Positions 37,919-46,601 of a stretch of 64,000 nt of DNA are shown here, one piece after another. Made by a program: the position numbers and the translations under genes. The notes beneath the pieces were generated by a model. The model saw only the letters and a list, made by a program, of their open reading frames with translations. It did not search any database and was not told where the DNA came from. This DNA comes from Bacteroidaceae bacterium (lineage in GTDB: Bacteria; Bacteroidota; Bacteroidia; Bacteroidales; Bacteroidaceae), in NCBI GenBank assembly GCA_017468985.1, contig JAFUHF010000056.1, positions 3,922 to 67,921 of the forward strand, given 5' to 3'. The number at the start of each line of letters is the position of its first letter. Positions within the stretch are counted from its first letter, which is position 1.

Positions 37919-39088
37919 ATGGACAACAAGCAACGTTACATGATGCGCGGCGTGAGTGCCATGAAGGAAGACGTTCACGCCGCCATCAAGAACATCGATA
38001 AAGGACTCTACCCACAGGCCTTCTGCAAAATCATTCCCGACATTCTTGGCGGCGATCCGGAATATTGCAACATCATGCATGCCGACGGAGCTGGCACAAA
38101 ATCGTCATTGGCCTACGTCTATTGGCGCGAAACGGGCGACCTATCCGTTTGGAAGGGCATAGCCCAAGACGCCCTCATCATGAATACCGACGATCTGCTT
38201 TGCGTTGGAGCTGTTGACAACATTCTCGTATCGTCCACCATAGGGCGCAACAAGATGCTCATCCCCGGAGAAGTCATCTCGGCCATCATCAACGGCACTG
38301 ACGAACTCCTTCAGCAAATGCGCGACATGGGCATCGGCATTTATGCCACGGGAGGCGAGACAGCCGACTTGGGCGACCTGGTACGTACCATTGTGGTTGA
38401 CTCCACCGTAACCTGCCGCATGAAGCGCAGCGACGTCATTGACAATGCCCACATCCGCCCGGGCGACGTCATCGTGGGTCTGGCCTCCTTCGGTCAAGCC
38501 ACATACGAATCCACTTACAATGGAGGTATGGGCAGCAATGGACTCACCTCAGCCCGTCACGATGTGTTTTCTAAATACCTGGCACAAAAGTATCCCGAAA
38601 GTTTCGATCACGCCGTGCCCGAAGAGCTGATCTACAGCGGACGTTACCAGCTCACCGACGAAGTGGAATACTCCCCCATCAATGCCGGACAACTGGTACT
38701 GAGTCCTACCAGGACCTATGCCCCCGTGGTGAAGCAACTGCTCGACCAGATGAGGCCACTCATCCATGGCATGGTTCATTGTACGGGAGGAGCACAAACC
38801 AAAGTGCTTCACTTCGTAGGTTCTGAATGCAAAGTCATTAAGGATAACATGTTTCCAGTACCTCCGCTCTTCCACGTCATCCACGAAGAGAGCGGAACAG
38901 AATGGTCGGAGATGTACAAGGTGTTCAACATGGGCCACCGCTTAGAAGTTTACGTTTCGCCCGAAGATGCCGAACAGGTGATCAGTATCTCAAAGAGCTT
39001 CAACATTGATGCTCGCATAGTGGGACACATCGAACATGGGCCGCGCAGCCTGACCATTAGGAGTGAATTCGGTGAATTCACCTATTAG
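37919..39088 (+). CDS. purM: AIR synthase-related protein (Bacteroidota-type PurM-like phosphoribosylformylglycinamidine cyclo-ligase)
   Basis: MHADGAGTKS and the overall PurM N- and C-domain layout are present, and the N-terminus is typical of Bacteroidales PurM-like proteins. Confidence 0.7.
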   Translation: MDNKQRYMMRGVSAMKEDVHAAIKNIDKGLYPQAFCKIIPDILGGDPEYCNIMHADGAGTKSSLAYVYWRETGDLSVWKGIAQDALIMNTDDLLCVGAVDNILVSSTIGRNKMLIPGEVISAIINGTDELLQQMRDMGIGIYATGGETADLGDLVRTIVVDSTVTCRMKRSDVIDNAHIRPGDVIVGLASFGQATYESTYNGGMGSNGLTSARHDVFSKYLAQKYPESFDHAVPEELIYSGRYQLTDEVEYSPINAGQLVLSPTRTYAPVVKQLLDQMRPLIHGMVHCTGGAQTKVLHFVGSECKVIKDNMFPVPPLFHVIHEESGTEWSEMYKVFNMGHRLEVYVSPEDAEQVISISKSFNIDARIVGHIEHGPRSLTIRSEFGEFTY

Positions 39089-39116
39089 TACCGACCGAAA
39101 AACAGAAACCAAGATA

Positions 39117-39160
39117 AGTTCATGCAGACAGTATAACATTCTGCATGAACTTTTTGTTTT
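39117..39160 (+). terminator. Rho-independent terminator after the purM-like gene
   Basis: A 12-bp perfect stem (AGTTCATGCAGA / TCTGCATGAACT) with an 11-nt loop is followed by TTTTTGTTTT. Confidence 0.8.
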
Positions 39161-39249
39161 CTACCGGTTTTGTGTCTACATTTTCTCACAAAACCATCAT
39201 TCAACAGTGAAAACAAATTATGCCAAAGGTACATAGAAGGATTTTTCAG

Positions 39250-39682
39250 GCTTTTCTTTCGAAAGAATTGTACCCACGCGAACTTTTTCAAGGATTTCCT
39301 TCAACGGAATTGCACCCAAATGAACTTTTTCGAGTTTTTCCTTCGACGGTTTGGGATGAAAAAGAATTTTTGGGAGGTTTCTCCTTTTGAGTTTTTTCAC
39401 CATTCCGAACGGCACGGAGTTTTTCCTTCGATGGTTTTGCCCATTCCGAACGGCGCGAAACTTTTCCTTCGACGGTTTTGCTCCATTCCGAACGGCGCGA
39501 AACTTTTCCTTCGACGGTTTTGCCCATTCCGAACGGCGCGGAACTTTTCCTTCGACGGTTTTGCCCATTCCGAACGGCGCGGAACTTTTCCTTCGACGGT
39601 TTTGCTCCATTCCGAACGGCGCGGAACTTTTCCTTCGACGGTTTTGCTCCATTCCGAGCGGCACGAAGCTTTTTCTTCGACA
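39250..39682. repeat. Tandem minisatellite array A: about 10.5 copies of a 41/42-bp unit
   Basis: The unit TTTTCCTTCGACGGTTTTGC[C|TC]CATTCCGAACGGCGCG[G|A]AAC repeats head-to-tail. Copies at about 39420-39660 are near-identical, and copies at 39250-39420 are degenerate. Confidence 0.9.
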
Positions 39683-39999
39683 AATTAATGCACCTCCAAA
39701 AGACATCGAATGATGTTATGAGTCAACATGATGAATACAACTTTTCTTGACTTAAGGAACTATACATTCAGTTCAAGAAGGAGCTGCATCATGTGAAAAC
39801 GCCGTCCATTTTCTTCAAGACTATGCCCTCGTTTTCCTGGCGTTCTAACAGTTTGGTCCAAACCTCTGAATCTTTCTATTCATAGGGCATTCATTCCCAC
39901 GATTGTTCATTTCTTCGTTTAAATTGGTGTAAAATGTTCACAAACTCCCTATGAACTGAAAAACTTTGTCATTTGCTTTGTTCTTCGCTTAAGTTAAAG

Positions 40000-40007
40000 T
40001 ATCTTTG
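40000..40007 (+). promoter_or_regulatory. -7 promoter box (TATCTTTG) upstream of lpxD
   Basis: It is an exact TAnnTTTG match 24 nt upstream of the ATG at 40031. Confidence 0.5.
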
Positions 40008-40030
40008 CACTCTAAAAGGATGCATTCAGA

Positions 40031-41077
40031 ATGGATTTTACTGCAATACAAATAGCCGACTACCTTCACGGTACCGTGGAGGGGAAAAAGGAAGCTACTG
40101 TTCGAACATTTGCAAAAATTGAGGAAGCAGAAGAAGGTAGCATAACTTTTTTAGCAAATCCGGCTTACGAACCGTATATCTATACCACTAAGGCCACCAT
40201 TGTTCTTGTTAACAAGGACTTCACTGCCAAAGAAGCCATCAGCGCCACCCTTATTCGCGTCAACAATGCCTACGAAAGCATTGCCAGCCTGCTCACGCTC
40301 TATCAGCAGAGCCAACCCAAGCGAACCGGCATCAGTTCCTTGGCCAGCATTGCAGCCTCGGCACAAATAGGTGAAGGGTGCTACATCGAGCCCTTTGTAT
40401 GCATTGGCGAAAACGTACGCATTGGCAACAATGTAAGACTCATGGCTCACGTTACGCTGTCGGACAACGTTACTATTGGTGATGACACGCTGATTTATCC
40501 CAACGTAACAGTATATCATGACTGCGTGATAGGCCAGCGCGTCATTCTTCATTCGGGTGCGGTGATAGGAGCCGACGGTTTTGGCTTTGCCCCCATTGAA
40601 GGTGGATATGAAAAGATTCCCCAGATTGGCATCGTTACCATTGAGGATGACGTGGAGATAGGAGCTAACACTTGCGTTGACCGTTCCACGATGGGCAGCA
40701 CCGTAGTGAAACGTGGCGTAAAGTTGGATAATCTGGTACAGATTGCCCACAACGTGGTAGTAGGTGAGAACACGGTAATGAGTGCCCAGGTGGGCGTAGC
40801 CGGAAGCACCAAGATTGGCCAGTGGTGTATGTTTGGCGGCCAGGTAGGCATTGCCGGCCACGCCATGATAGGCGACAGAGTGAACAGCGGTGCTCAGGCA
40901 GGCATTGCCGGAAGCATTCCCAAGGGGAATCAGACCGTCATTGGCTCACCGGCCATTGACGCACGCCGGTTTGCCAGAGCAAACGCCGTATTCCGCAACC
41001 TTCCCGACATGCGTAAGGACGTGGAAGAACTGAAACTACAGATAGCAGCATTAAGAAAACAACTTGAACAACAATAA
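40031..41077 (+). CDS. lpxD: UDP-3-O-(3-hydroxyacyl)glucosamine N-acyltransferase
   Basis: It has the N-terminal LpxD domain followed by a long left-handed beta-helix of hexapeptide repeats. Confidence 0.92.
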   Translation: MDFTAIQIADYLHGTVEGKKEATVRTFAKIEEAEEGSITFLANPAYEPYIYTTKATIVLVNKDFTAKEAISATLIRVNNAYESIASLLTLYQQSQPKRTGISSLASIAASAQIGEGCYIEPFVCIGENVRIGNNVRLMAHVTLSDNVTIGDDTLIYPNVTVYHDCVIGQRVILHSGAVIGADGFGFAPIEGGYEKIPQIGIVTIEDDVEIGANTCVDRSTMGSTVVKRGVKLDNLVQIAHNVVVGENTVMSAQVGVAGSTKIGQWCMFGGQVGIAGHAMIGDRVNSGAQAGIAGSIPKGNQTVIGSPAIDARRFARANAVFRNLPDMRKDVEELKLQIAALRKQLEQQ

Positions 41078-41082
41078 CCATC

Positions 41083-42468
41083 ATGCAAAAACAAAGGACC
41101 CTGAAAGGCAGTTTTTCCCTTTATGGCAAAGGGCTTCACACGGGTTTATACCTTACCGCAACATTTAATCCGGCTCCTGAAAACTCAGGTTACAAGATTC
41201 AACGTATAGACCTGGAAGGTCAACCCATTATTGAAGCCATAGCCGAGAACGTGGTTGACACCACGCGAAGCACCGTGCTGGCTAAAGGCGACGTCCGCTG
41301 CTCTACCGTAGAGCATGCATTGGCCGCACTCTACGGCATGGGCATCGACAACTGTCTGATTCAGGTAAACGGACCCGAGATGCCCATTCTTGAAGGCAGC
41401 GCCGCAACCTACATCGAACAGATCGAAAAGGTGGGCATCGTGGAACAGAATGCCAACAAGGACGTATACATCATTCGCAAGAAGATAGAAGTTCGTGACG
41501 AAAAGAGCGGAGCTTCCATCGTGATTCTTCCCGACGAGAGTTTCAGCATCACCACCATGATCTCTTATCAGTCAAAGTGGTTCTCCAGCCAGTTTGCCAC
41601 CCTTGATGATGTACAAAAATTCAATAAGGAAATCGCCGGTGCACGCACCTTTGTATTTGTACGTGACGTGGAGCCCCTGTTGCAGGCCGGCTACATCAAA
41701 GGCGGAGACTTGGACAATGCCATCGTTATCTATGAGGACGAGATTCCTCAGGAGCGCCTCGACAAGTTGGCCGACTACCTCGGCGTAGATCACGTGGATG
41801 CCAAGAATTTAGGATTCCTCAACACCAAGCCATTGGTATGGGAAAACGAGCCTGCCCGTCACAAGCTGCTCGACATCGTAGGCGACATGGCTCTGATAGG
41901 CCGCCCACTCAAGGGCAGAATCATTGCCACAAAGCCAGGCCATAACATCAACAACAAGTTTGCCCGTCAGTTGCGTCGTGAAATCCGTGCCCACGAAGTA
42001 CAGGCTCCCATCTACGACTGCAATTCAGAACCACTGATGGACGTGAACCGCATACGCGAGCTGCTTCCACACCGTTACCCCATGCAGTTGGTGGACAAGG
42101 TGGTAGAAATTGGTTCCAACTACATCGTTGCCATCAAGAACGTCACCAGTAACGAACCATTCTTCCAGGGACACTTCCCTCAGGAACCCGTAATGCCCGG
42201 TGTACTTCAGATTGAAGCCATGGCACAGGCCGGCGGCCTGCTGGTGCTCAACTCCGTAGAAGAACCTGAACGCTGGAGCACTTACTTCATGAAGATTGAC
42301 GGCGTGAAGTTCCGCCAGAAGGTAGTACCGGGCGATACGCTCATCTTCCGTGTAGAACTGCTGGCTCCCATCCGCCACGGCGTTTCCTCCATGAAGGGAT
42401 TTGTCTTTGTGGGCGACAAAGTGGTGAGCGAAGCCACGTTTACTGCGCAGATCGTAAAAAACAAGTAA
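41083..42468 (+). CDS. lpxC/fabZ: Bifunctional UDP-3-O-acyl-GlcNAc deacetylase / 3-hydroxyacyl-ACP dehydratase
   Basis: The N-terminal LpxC part (TLKGSFSLYGKGLHTG, HKLLD) is fused to a C-terminal FabZ hotdog (LPHRYPMQLVDKV, FFQGHFPQEPVMPGVL). This fusion is characteristic of Bacteroidota. Confidence 0.95.
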   Translation: MQKQRTLKGSFSLYGKGLHTGLYLTATFNPAPENSGYKIQRIDLEGQPIIEAIAENVVDTTRSTVLAKGDVRCSTVEHALAALYGMGIDNCLIQVNGPEMPILEGSAATYIEQIEKVGIVEQNANKDVYIIRKKIEVRDEKSGASIVILPDESFSITTMISYQSKWFSSQFATLDDVQKFNKEIAGARTFVFVRDVEPLLQAGYIKGGDLDNAIVIYEDEIPQERLDKLADYLGVDHVDAKNLGFLNTKPLVWENEPARHKLLDIVGDMALIGRPLKGRIIATKPGHNINNKFARQLRREIRAHEVQAPIYDCNSEPLMDVNRIRELLPHRYPMQLVDKVVEIGSNYIVAIKNVTSNEPFFQGHFPQEPVMPGVLQIEAMAQAGGLLVLNSVEEPERWSTYFMKIDGVKFRQKVVPGDTLIFRVELLAPIRHGVSSMKGFVFVGDKVVSEATFTAQIVKNK

Positions 42469-42511
42469 TCGTCCGCACTTTCACTCAAAACAACAAAAGA
42501 ACCAGCAAACA

Positions 42512-43291
42512 ATGAGTAATATCAGTCCATTGGCCTTTGTGCATCCCAATGCCATCATTGGCGAGAACTGCGAAATAGGACCATTCAGCTATATAGACCA
42601 GAACGTAGTTATAGGTAACAATAACGTGGTAATGAACAATGTCACCATTCTTTACGGAGCACGGATTGGCAACGGCAACACCATCTTCCCTGGAGCCGTG
42701 ATTAGTGCCATTCCCCAGGACCTGAAATTTCAGGGAGAGGAAACTACGGCCGTCATTGGCGATGGCAACAAGATTCGCGAAAACGTAACCATCAACCGCG
42801 GAACAGCAGCCAAGGGCCGCACCCTGGTAGGCAATAATAACCTGCTGATGGAAGGCGTTCACATTGCTCACGATGCCTCTGTAGGCAATCATTGCATCAT
42901 TGGCAACACCACGAAGATTGCCGGCGAAGTAACGGTTGACGACTTTGCCGTGATCAGTGCATGTGTACTGATTCATCAGTTCTGCCACGTGGGAGGCTAC
43001 ATCATGCTGGGAGGCGGTACCCGTACCAGTCAGGACATTCCGCCCTACGTCATGGTGGCACGCGAACCGGCACAATATTGCGGCCTGAACCTCGTAGGCC
43101 TTCGCCGCCACGGATTCACGGCACAGCAGATAGACATCATTCACGATGCCTACCGCATTCTATACGACCGCAGCGTGGCCATGGAGGAACGCATCAAGAC
43201 GGTGCGCCAACTCTTCCCCACCAGTCCGGAAGTGGATTACATCACCAACTTCGTAGCCTCAGCCAAACGAGGCATCATTACCAACAGATAA
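42512..43291 (+). CDS. lpxA: Acyl-ACP--UDP-N-acetylglucosamine O-acyltransferase
   Basis: Hexapeptide repeats are followed by the LpxA C-terminal helical domain (GLNLVGLRRHGF). Confidence 0.92.
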   Translation: MSNISPLAFVHPNAIIGENCEIGPFSYIDQNVVIGNNNVVMNNVTILYGARIGNGNTIFPGAVISAIPQDLKFQGEETTAVIGDGNKIRENVTINRGTAAKGRTLVGNNNLLMEGVHIAHDASVGNHCIIGNTTKIAGEVTVDDFAVISACVLIHQFCHVGGYIMLGGGTRTSQDIPPYVMVAREPAQYCGLNLVGLRRHGFTAQQIDIIHDAYRILYDRSVAMEERIKTVRQLFPTSPEVDYITNFVASAKRGIITNR

Positions 43292-43361
43292 TTCCACACC
43301 GGCCCTGCATCACAACAGAAGGCAGACGTATCAACAATCCATAAAATAAAAGTTTGTTACC

Positions 43362-43907
43362 ATGATATTCAAGTTTGTTCTGATCAGCGACGAAGCAGAA
43401 GATTTTCTGCGTGAAATCAGCATTGATGCCGATTCCACATTTCTGGACTTGAACAAAGCCATCCTTGATGCCTGCGGTTACTCAGACGATCAGATCACGA
43501 GTTTCTACACCTGTAACGACGAATGGGAGCAGGAAGAACAAATCACGCGTGAAGACATGGGCTTCGGTACCGCCGACCATGACGTCTACATCATGGAGAA
43601 GACGGAACTGCGCAACTTCATCAACGACGAAGACCAGAAACTGGTGTTCGTGTTCGACCCCTTCAACGACCGAGTGTTCTACATGAAAGTAAGCGAAATC
43701 ATCACGGGGAAGAACCTCAAGAAGCCCGAGTGCACCCGTAAGGAAGGAACAGCCCCACGACAGATCAACGACATGGACAGCAACATTCCCACCAGTGAGG
43801 GCAGTGACGACTTCTTCGATGAAGACGAAGGTTCCGACTTCTTCGGAAGCGATGGTTTCAATGAAGAAGACATTGACTTCGAAGGTTTCGAGATAGAAGA
43901 ACATTAA
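43362..43907 (+). CDS. Hypothetical acidic protein (possibly pRiA4b ORF-3-like fold)
   Basis: The 181-aa ORF begins IFKFVLISDEAEDFLREISIDADSTFLDLNKAILDACGY and ends in a D/E-rich tail. The family guess is weak. Confidence 0.45.
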   Translation: MIFKFVLISDEAEDFLREISIDADSTFLDLNKAILDACGYSDDQITSFYTCNDEWEQEEQITREDMGFGTADHDVYIMEKTELRNFINDEDQKLVFVFDPFNDRVFYMKVSEIITGKNLKKPECTRKEGTAPRQINDMDSNIPTSEGSDDFFDEDEGSDFFGSDGFNEEDIDFEGFEIEEH

Positions 43908-43927
43908 GCCCCATTCAGGCCCTATTC

Positions 43928-44851
43928 ATGCAGACACTATTCGTACTGCTTGGACCTACCGGCGTTGGAAAGACCGACCTGAGCCTTTCCATCGCCGGTT
44001 TGCTTGAGTGTCCCATCATCAGTGTCGACTCACGCCAGCTCTATCGCGACCTGCCGATTGGCACCGCCGCACCGACACCCACGCAACTAAAAACCCGAGA
44101 GCACCACTTCATCGGTACCCAGCCTATCACCGAGACCTACAGTGCCGCACGCTACGAAGCCGAAGCCTCGGCACTCATCCATCGCCTCTTCAAGACCCAC
44201 AACCATTTGCTCGTAACGGGCGGCAGTATGCTCTATATTGATGCACTCTGTCACGGCATGGACAACCTGCCCACAATTGATGAGAAAACGCGCTGGCACT
44301 TTCAGCAGCGGCTCCTCATCGAAGGGCTTCCAGCGCTGGCAGAAGAACTTCGACAGGTGGATCCCCAATACTACGCACAGACCGACCTCAACAATCCACG
44401 CCGAGTGGTTCACGCCCTCGAAATCTGCCACGTGGCAGGATGCCCCTACTCCTCACTGCTTGGAGTAAGGAGAAAAGAGCATCCCTACCGCATCGTAAAG
44501 CTCGGGCTTTGGCGAGAGCGCGAAGACCTTTACCTCCGCATAGACCACAGGGTGGACCAAATGATTGCCGGTGGGCTTATTGACGAGGCACGGAACGTTT
44601 ATCCCCTTCGCCATCTCAATGCACTCAACACCGTAGGGTACAAAGAACTGTTCGCACACTTCGACGGAAGCATCAGTTTACCAGAAGCCATTGCTAAAAT
44701 AAAAAAGAACACGCGCGTATACGCGCGTAAACAGCTCACATGGTTCAGTCACGACAGCAGCATCCTATGGCTCCAAGCCGAGAGAAAAAAGGAAATGCTC
44801 CAGCTCGTAGAACGCATCGCCTCGGGCCCCTCCTTTTCCGAAAAAAGGTAA
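43928..44851 (+). CDS. miaA: tRNA dimethylallyltransferase
   Basis: The P-loop LLGPTGVGKT plus SVDSRQLY and TRVYARKQLTWF motifs are present. Confidence 0.92.
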   Translation: MQTLFVLLGPTGVGKTDLSLSIAGLLECPIISVDSRQLYRDLPIGTAAPTPTQLKTREHHFIGTQPITETYSAARYEAEASALIHRLFKTHNHLLVTGGSMLYIDALCHGMDNLPTIDEKTRWHFQQRLLIEGLPALAEELRQVDPQYYAQTDLNNPRRVVHALEICHVAGCPYSSLLGVRRKEHPYRIVKLGLWREREDLYLRIDHRVDQMIAGGLIDEARNVYPLRHLNALNTVGYKELFAHFDGSISLPEAIAKIKKNTRVYARKQLTWFSHDSSILWLQAERKKEMLQLVERIASGPSFSEKR

Positions 44852-44928
44852 ACAATATCCGCAATTATCACATTATCGAAACAGAAAAACTTCGTACATT
44901 TGCACTGAAAACTAAAGCAATACGAACA

Positions 44929-45777
44929 ATGAATACCATTAAACTAAACAACGGCGTACAGATGCCCATACTTGGCTATGGCGTGTTTCAGGTTTCGCCA
45001 GAGGAATGCGAACGATGCGTGAGCGATGCACTGAGCGTAGGCTACCGGATGATTGACACTGCACAGGCCTATCACAACGAAGAAGGCGTGGGGAATGCCA
45101 TCCGCAAGAGCGGCATCGCAAGAGAAGATATCTTCTTGGTTTCAAAGATCTGGTTCACCAACTATGGCTACGAAGCCGCAAAAGCCAGCATTGATGAATC
45201 GCTGCGCAAACTGCAAACCGACTATCTCGACCTCATGCTCCTTCACCAGCCCTACGGTGACCGCTACGGTGCCTATCGCGCCTTGGAGGAAGCCTACAAA
45301 GCAGGCAAGCTCAGGGCCATTGGCGTTTCAAACTTCTATCCCGACCATCTCATTGACCTCTGCGCCCATTTCGAAGTTACGCCGGCGGTCAATCAGGTGG
45401 AACTCCACGTGTTTCATCAGCAACCACAGGCTCGCCACTACATGCAGGAACTGGGCGTTGTGCCCATGGCATGGGGACCATTGGCCGAAGGCAAAAACGG
45501 ATTCTTCCAAAACGAGACCCTCATCAGTATCGGTCAGAAACACGGCAAGACGGGGCCGCAGGTAGCCCTGCGCTACCTTATGGAATGCGGCATCATCGTG
45601 ATTCCAAAGTCATCCCACAAAGAGCGCATGGCCCAGAACCTCGACTTATTCGACTTCCAGCTTTCCGAGGAAGAAAAGGCCGCCATTGCCAAGATCGACA
45701 CGGGTCAGCCTGTCATCATGCCTAGCCATCATGATCCCGAAATCACAAAGTGGTTCATGACACTTCTCGGCAAATAG
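44929..45777 (+). CDS. Aldo/keto reductase (2,5-diketo-D-gluconate reductase-like)
   Basis: MPILGYGVFQ, IDTAQAYHNE, LHQP and IPKSSHKERM motifs are present. The start is set at MNTIKLNNG. Confidence 0.88.
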   Translation: MNTIKLNNGVQMPILGYGVFQVSPEECERCVSDALSVGYRMIDTAQAYHNEEGVGNAIRKSGIAREDIFLVSKIWFTNYGYEAAKASIDESLRKLQTDYLDLMLLHQPYGDRYGAYRALEEAYKAGKLRAIGVSNFYPDHLIDLCAHFEVTPAVNQVELHVFHQQPQARHYMQELGVVPMAWGPLAEGKNGFFQNETLISIGQKHGKTGPQVALRYLMECGIIVIPKSSHKERMAQNLDLFDFQLSEEEKAAIAKIDTGQPVIMPSHHDPEITKWFMTLLGK

Positions 45778-45836
45778 CGATCGCACGCTCATAAGCTAAC
45801 AACAACTTCACCCTTAAACACAATACAGACAACTAA

Positions 45837-46442
45837 ATGGAACAGAAGAACCCCCTACAGGAAGTGGCAGGGCGCAAGAACTTTGGTGGTAGCCATCCTG
45901 TCATCACTCCCCTGCCTGCCCTCATGATTGCCACCTACGACGAACACGGACACCCCGACGTCATGATGGCAGCGTGGGGCGGACAATGCGACTATAATCA
46001 GATACAGTTCGAACTTTCAGCCCACAAGACCACCGACAACCTCCGCCTCAAGCGAGCCTTCACCGTAAGCTTCGCAGGAAAGGACAACGTAGCAGAGTCA
46101 GACTACCTCGGCATGGTCAGCGGCCACAAAGTACCCGACAAAGTGGCACGTGTAGGCTTCACGTGGTCGCCAAGTCCCAACGTTGACGCCCCCATCATTG
46201 ACCAGTACCCACTCACACTGGAATGCAGAGTGGTACTGCTTGAGAATAATGAAGACGGCGGTGCTCGCGTAGTAGGCGAAGTGGTCAACATGAGTGCAGC
46301 CGAGAGCATCTTGAACAACGAAGGGAAGATAGACCTTGGCAAACTACAACCCATCATCTACGACTCCTCCCTCCATGTCTATCGCGTGGTGGGCGAAAGC
46401 GTAGGCAAAGCCTGGGGATCAGGAAAAGCCTTTAAGGAATAA
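45837..46442 (+). CDS. Flavin reductase family protein
   Basis: It shows the flavin-reductase-like split-barrel pattern (LMIATYDEHGHPDVMMAAWGG). Confidence 0.75.
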   Translation: MEQKNPLQEVAGRKNFGGSHPVITPLPALMIATYDEHGHPDVMMAAWGGQCDYNQIQFELSAHKTTDNLRLKRAFTVSFAGKDNVAESDYLGMVSGHKVPDKVARVGFTWSPSPNVDAPIIDQYPLTLECRVVLLENNEDGGARVVGEVVNMSAAESILNNEGKIDLGKLQPIIYDSSLHVYRVVGESVGKAWGSGKAFKE

Positions 46443-46456
46443 CTGCCATATCGAAT

Positions 46457-46503
46457 CTCTACATAAAGGAGAACCTCATCCTGAGGTTCTCCTTTATGTA
46501 GAG
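46457..46503. terminator. Perfect 22-bp hairpin between convergent genes (possible bidirectional terminator)
   Basis: The stem is CTCTACATAAAGGAGAACCTCA-TCC-TGAGGTTCTCCTTTATGTAGAG. Neither side has a clear U-tract. Confidence 0.45.
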
Positions 46504-46601
46504 CCCTGACACTTACAAGGTGTATCTTGTAATTACCCCAACATCAATAACCGATTTGAGTTAATCAAAACCACTCATCGCCTACCCAATACTAAAAAGG
46601 C

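Noticed and set aside
39250-39682. CRISPR array interpretation of the 41/42-bp repeats (and likewise of 61031-61380)
   Set aside because: The units abut directly with no unique spacers between them. There are no cas genes in the window and no leader-like asymmetry beyond repeat decay. These are tandem minisatellites, not CRISPRs.
39170-39750. Five overlapping ORF-track entries (3 plus-strand, 2 minus-strand, 90-172 aa) running through array A, with repetitive peptides such as FLRRFCSIPNGAE or KPSKEKFRAVRNG
   Set aside because: The unit length alternates between 41 and 42 bp, so every ORF changes repeat register along the array. Five frames are open at once, which is a compositional effect of a stop-free unit. 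No frame has a convincing start context or non-repeat domain. I treated the region as non-coding tandem repeat.
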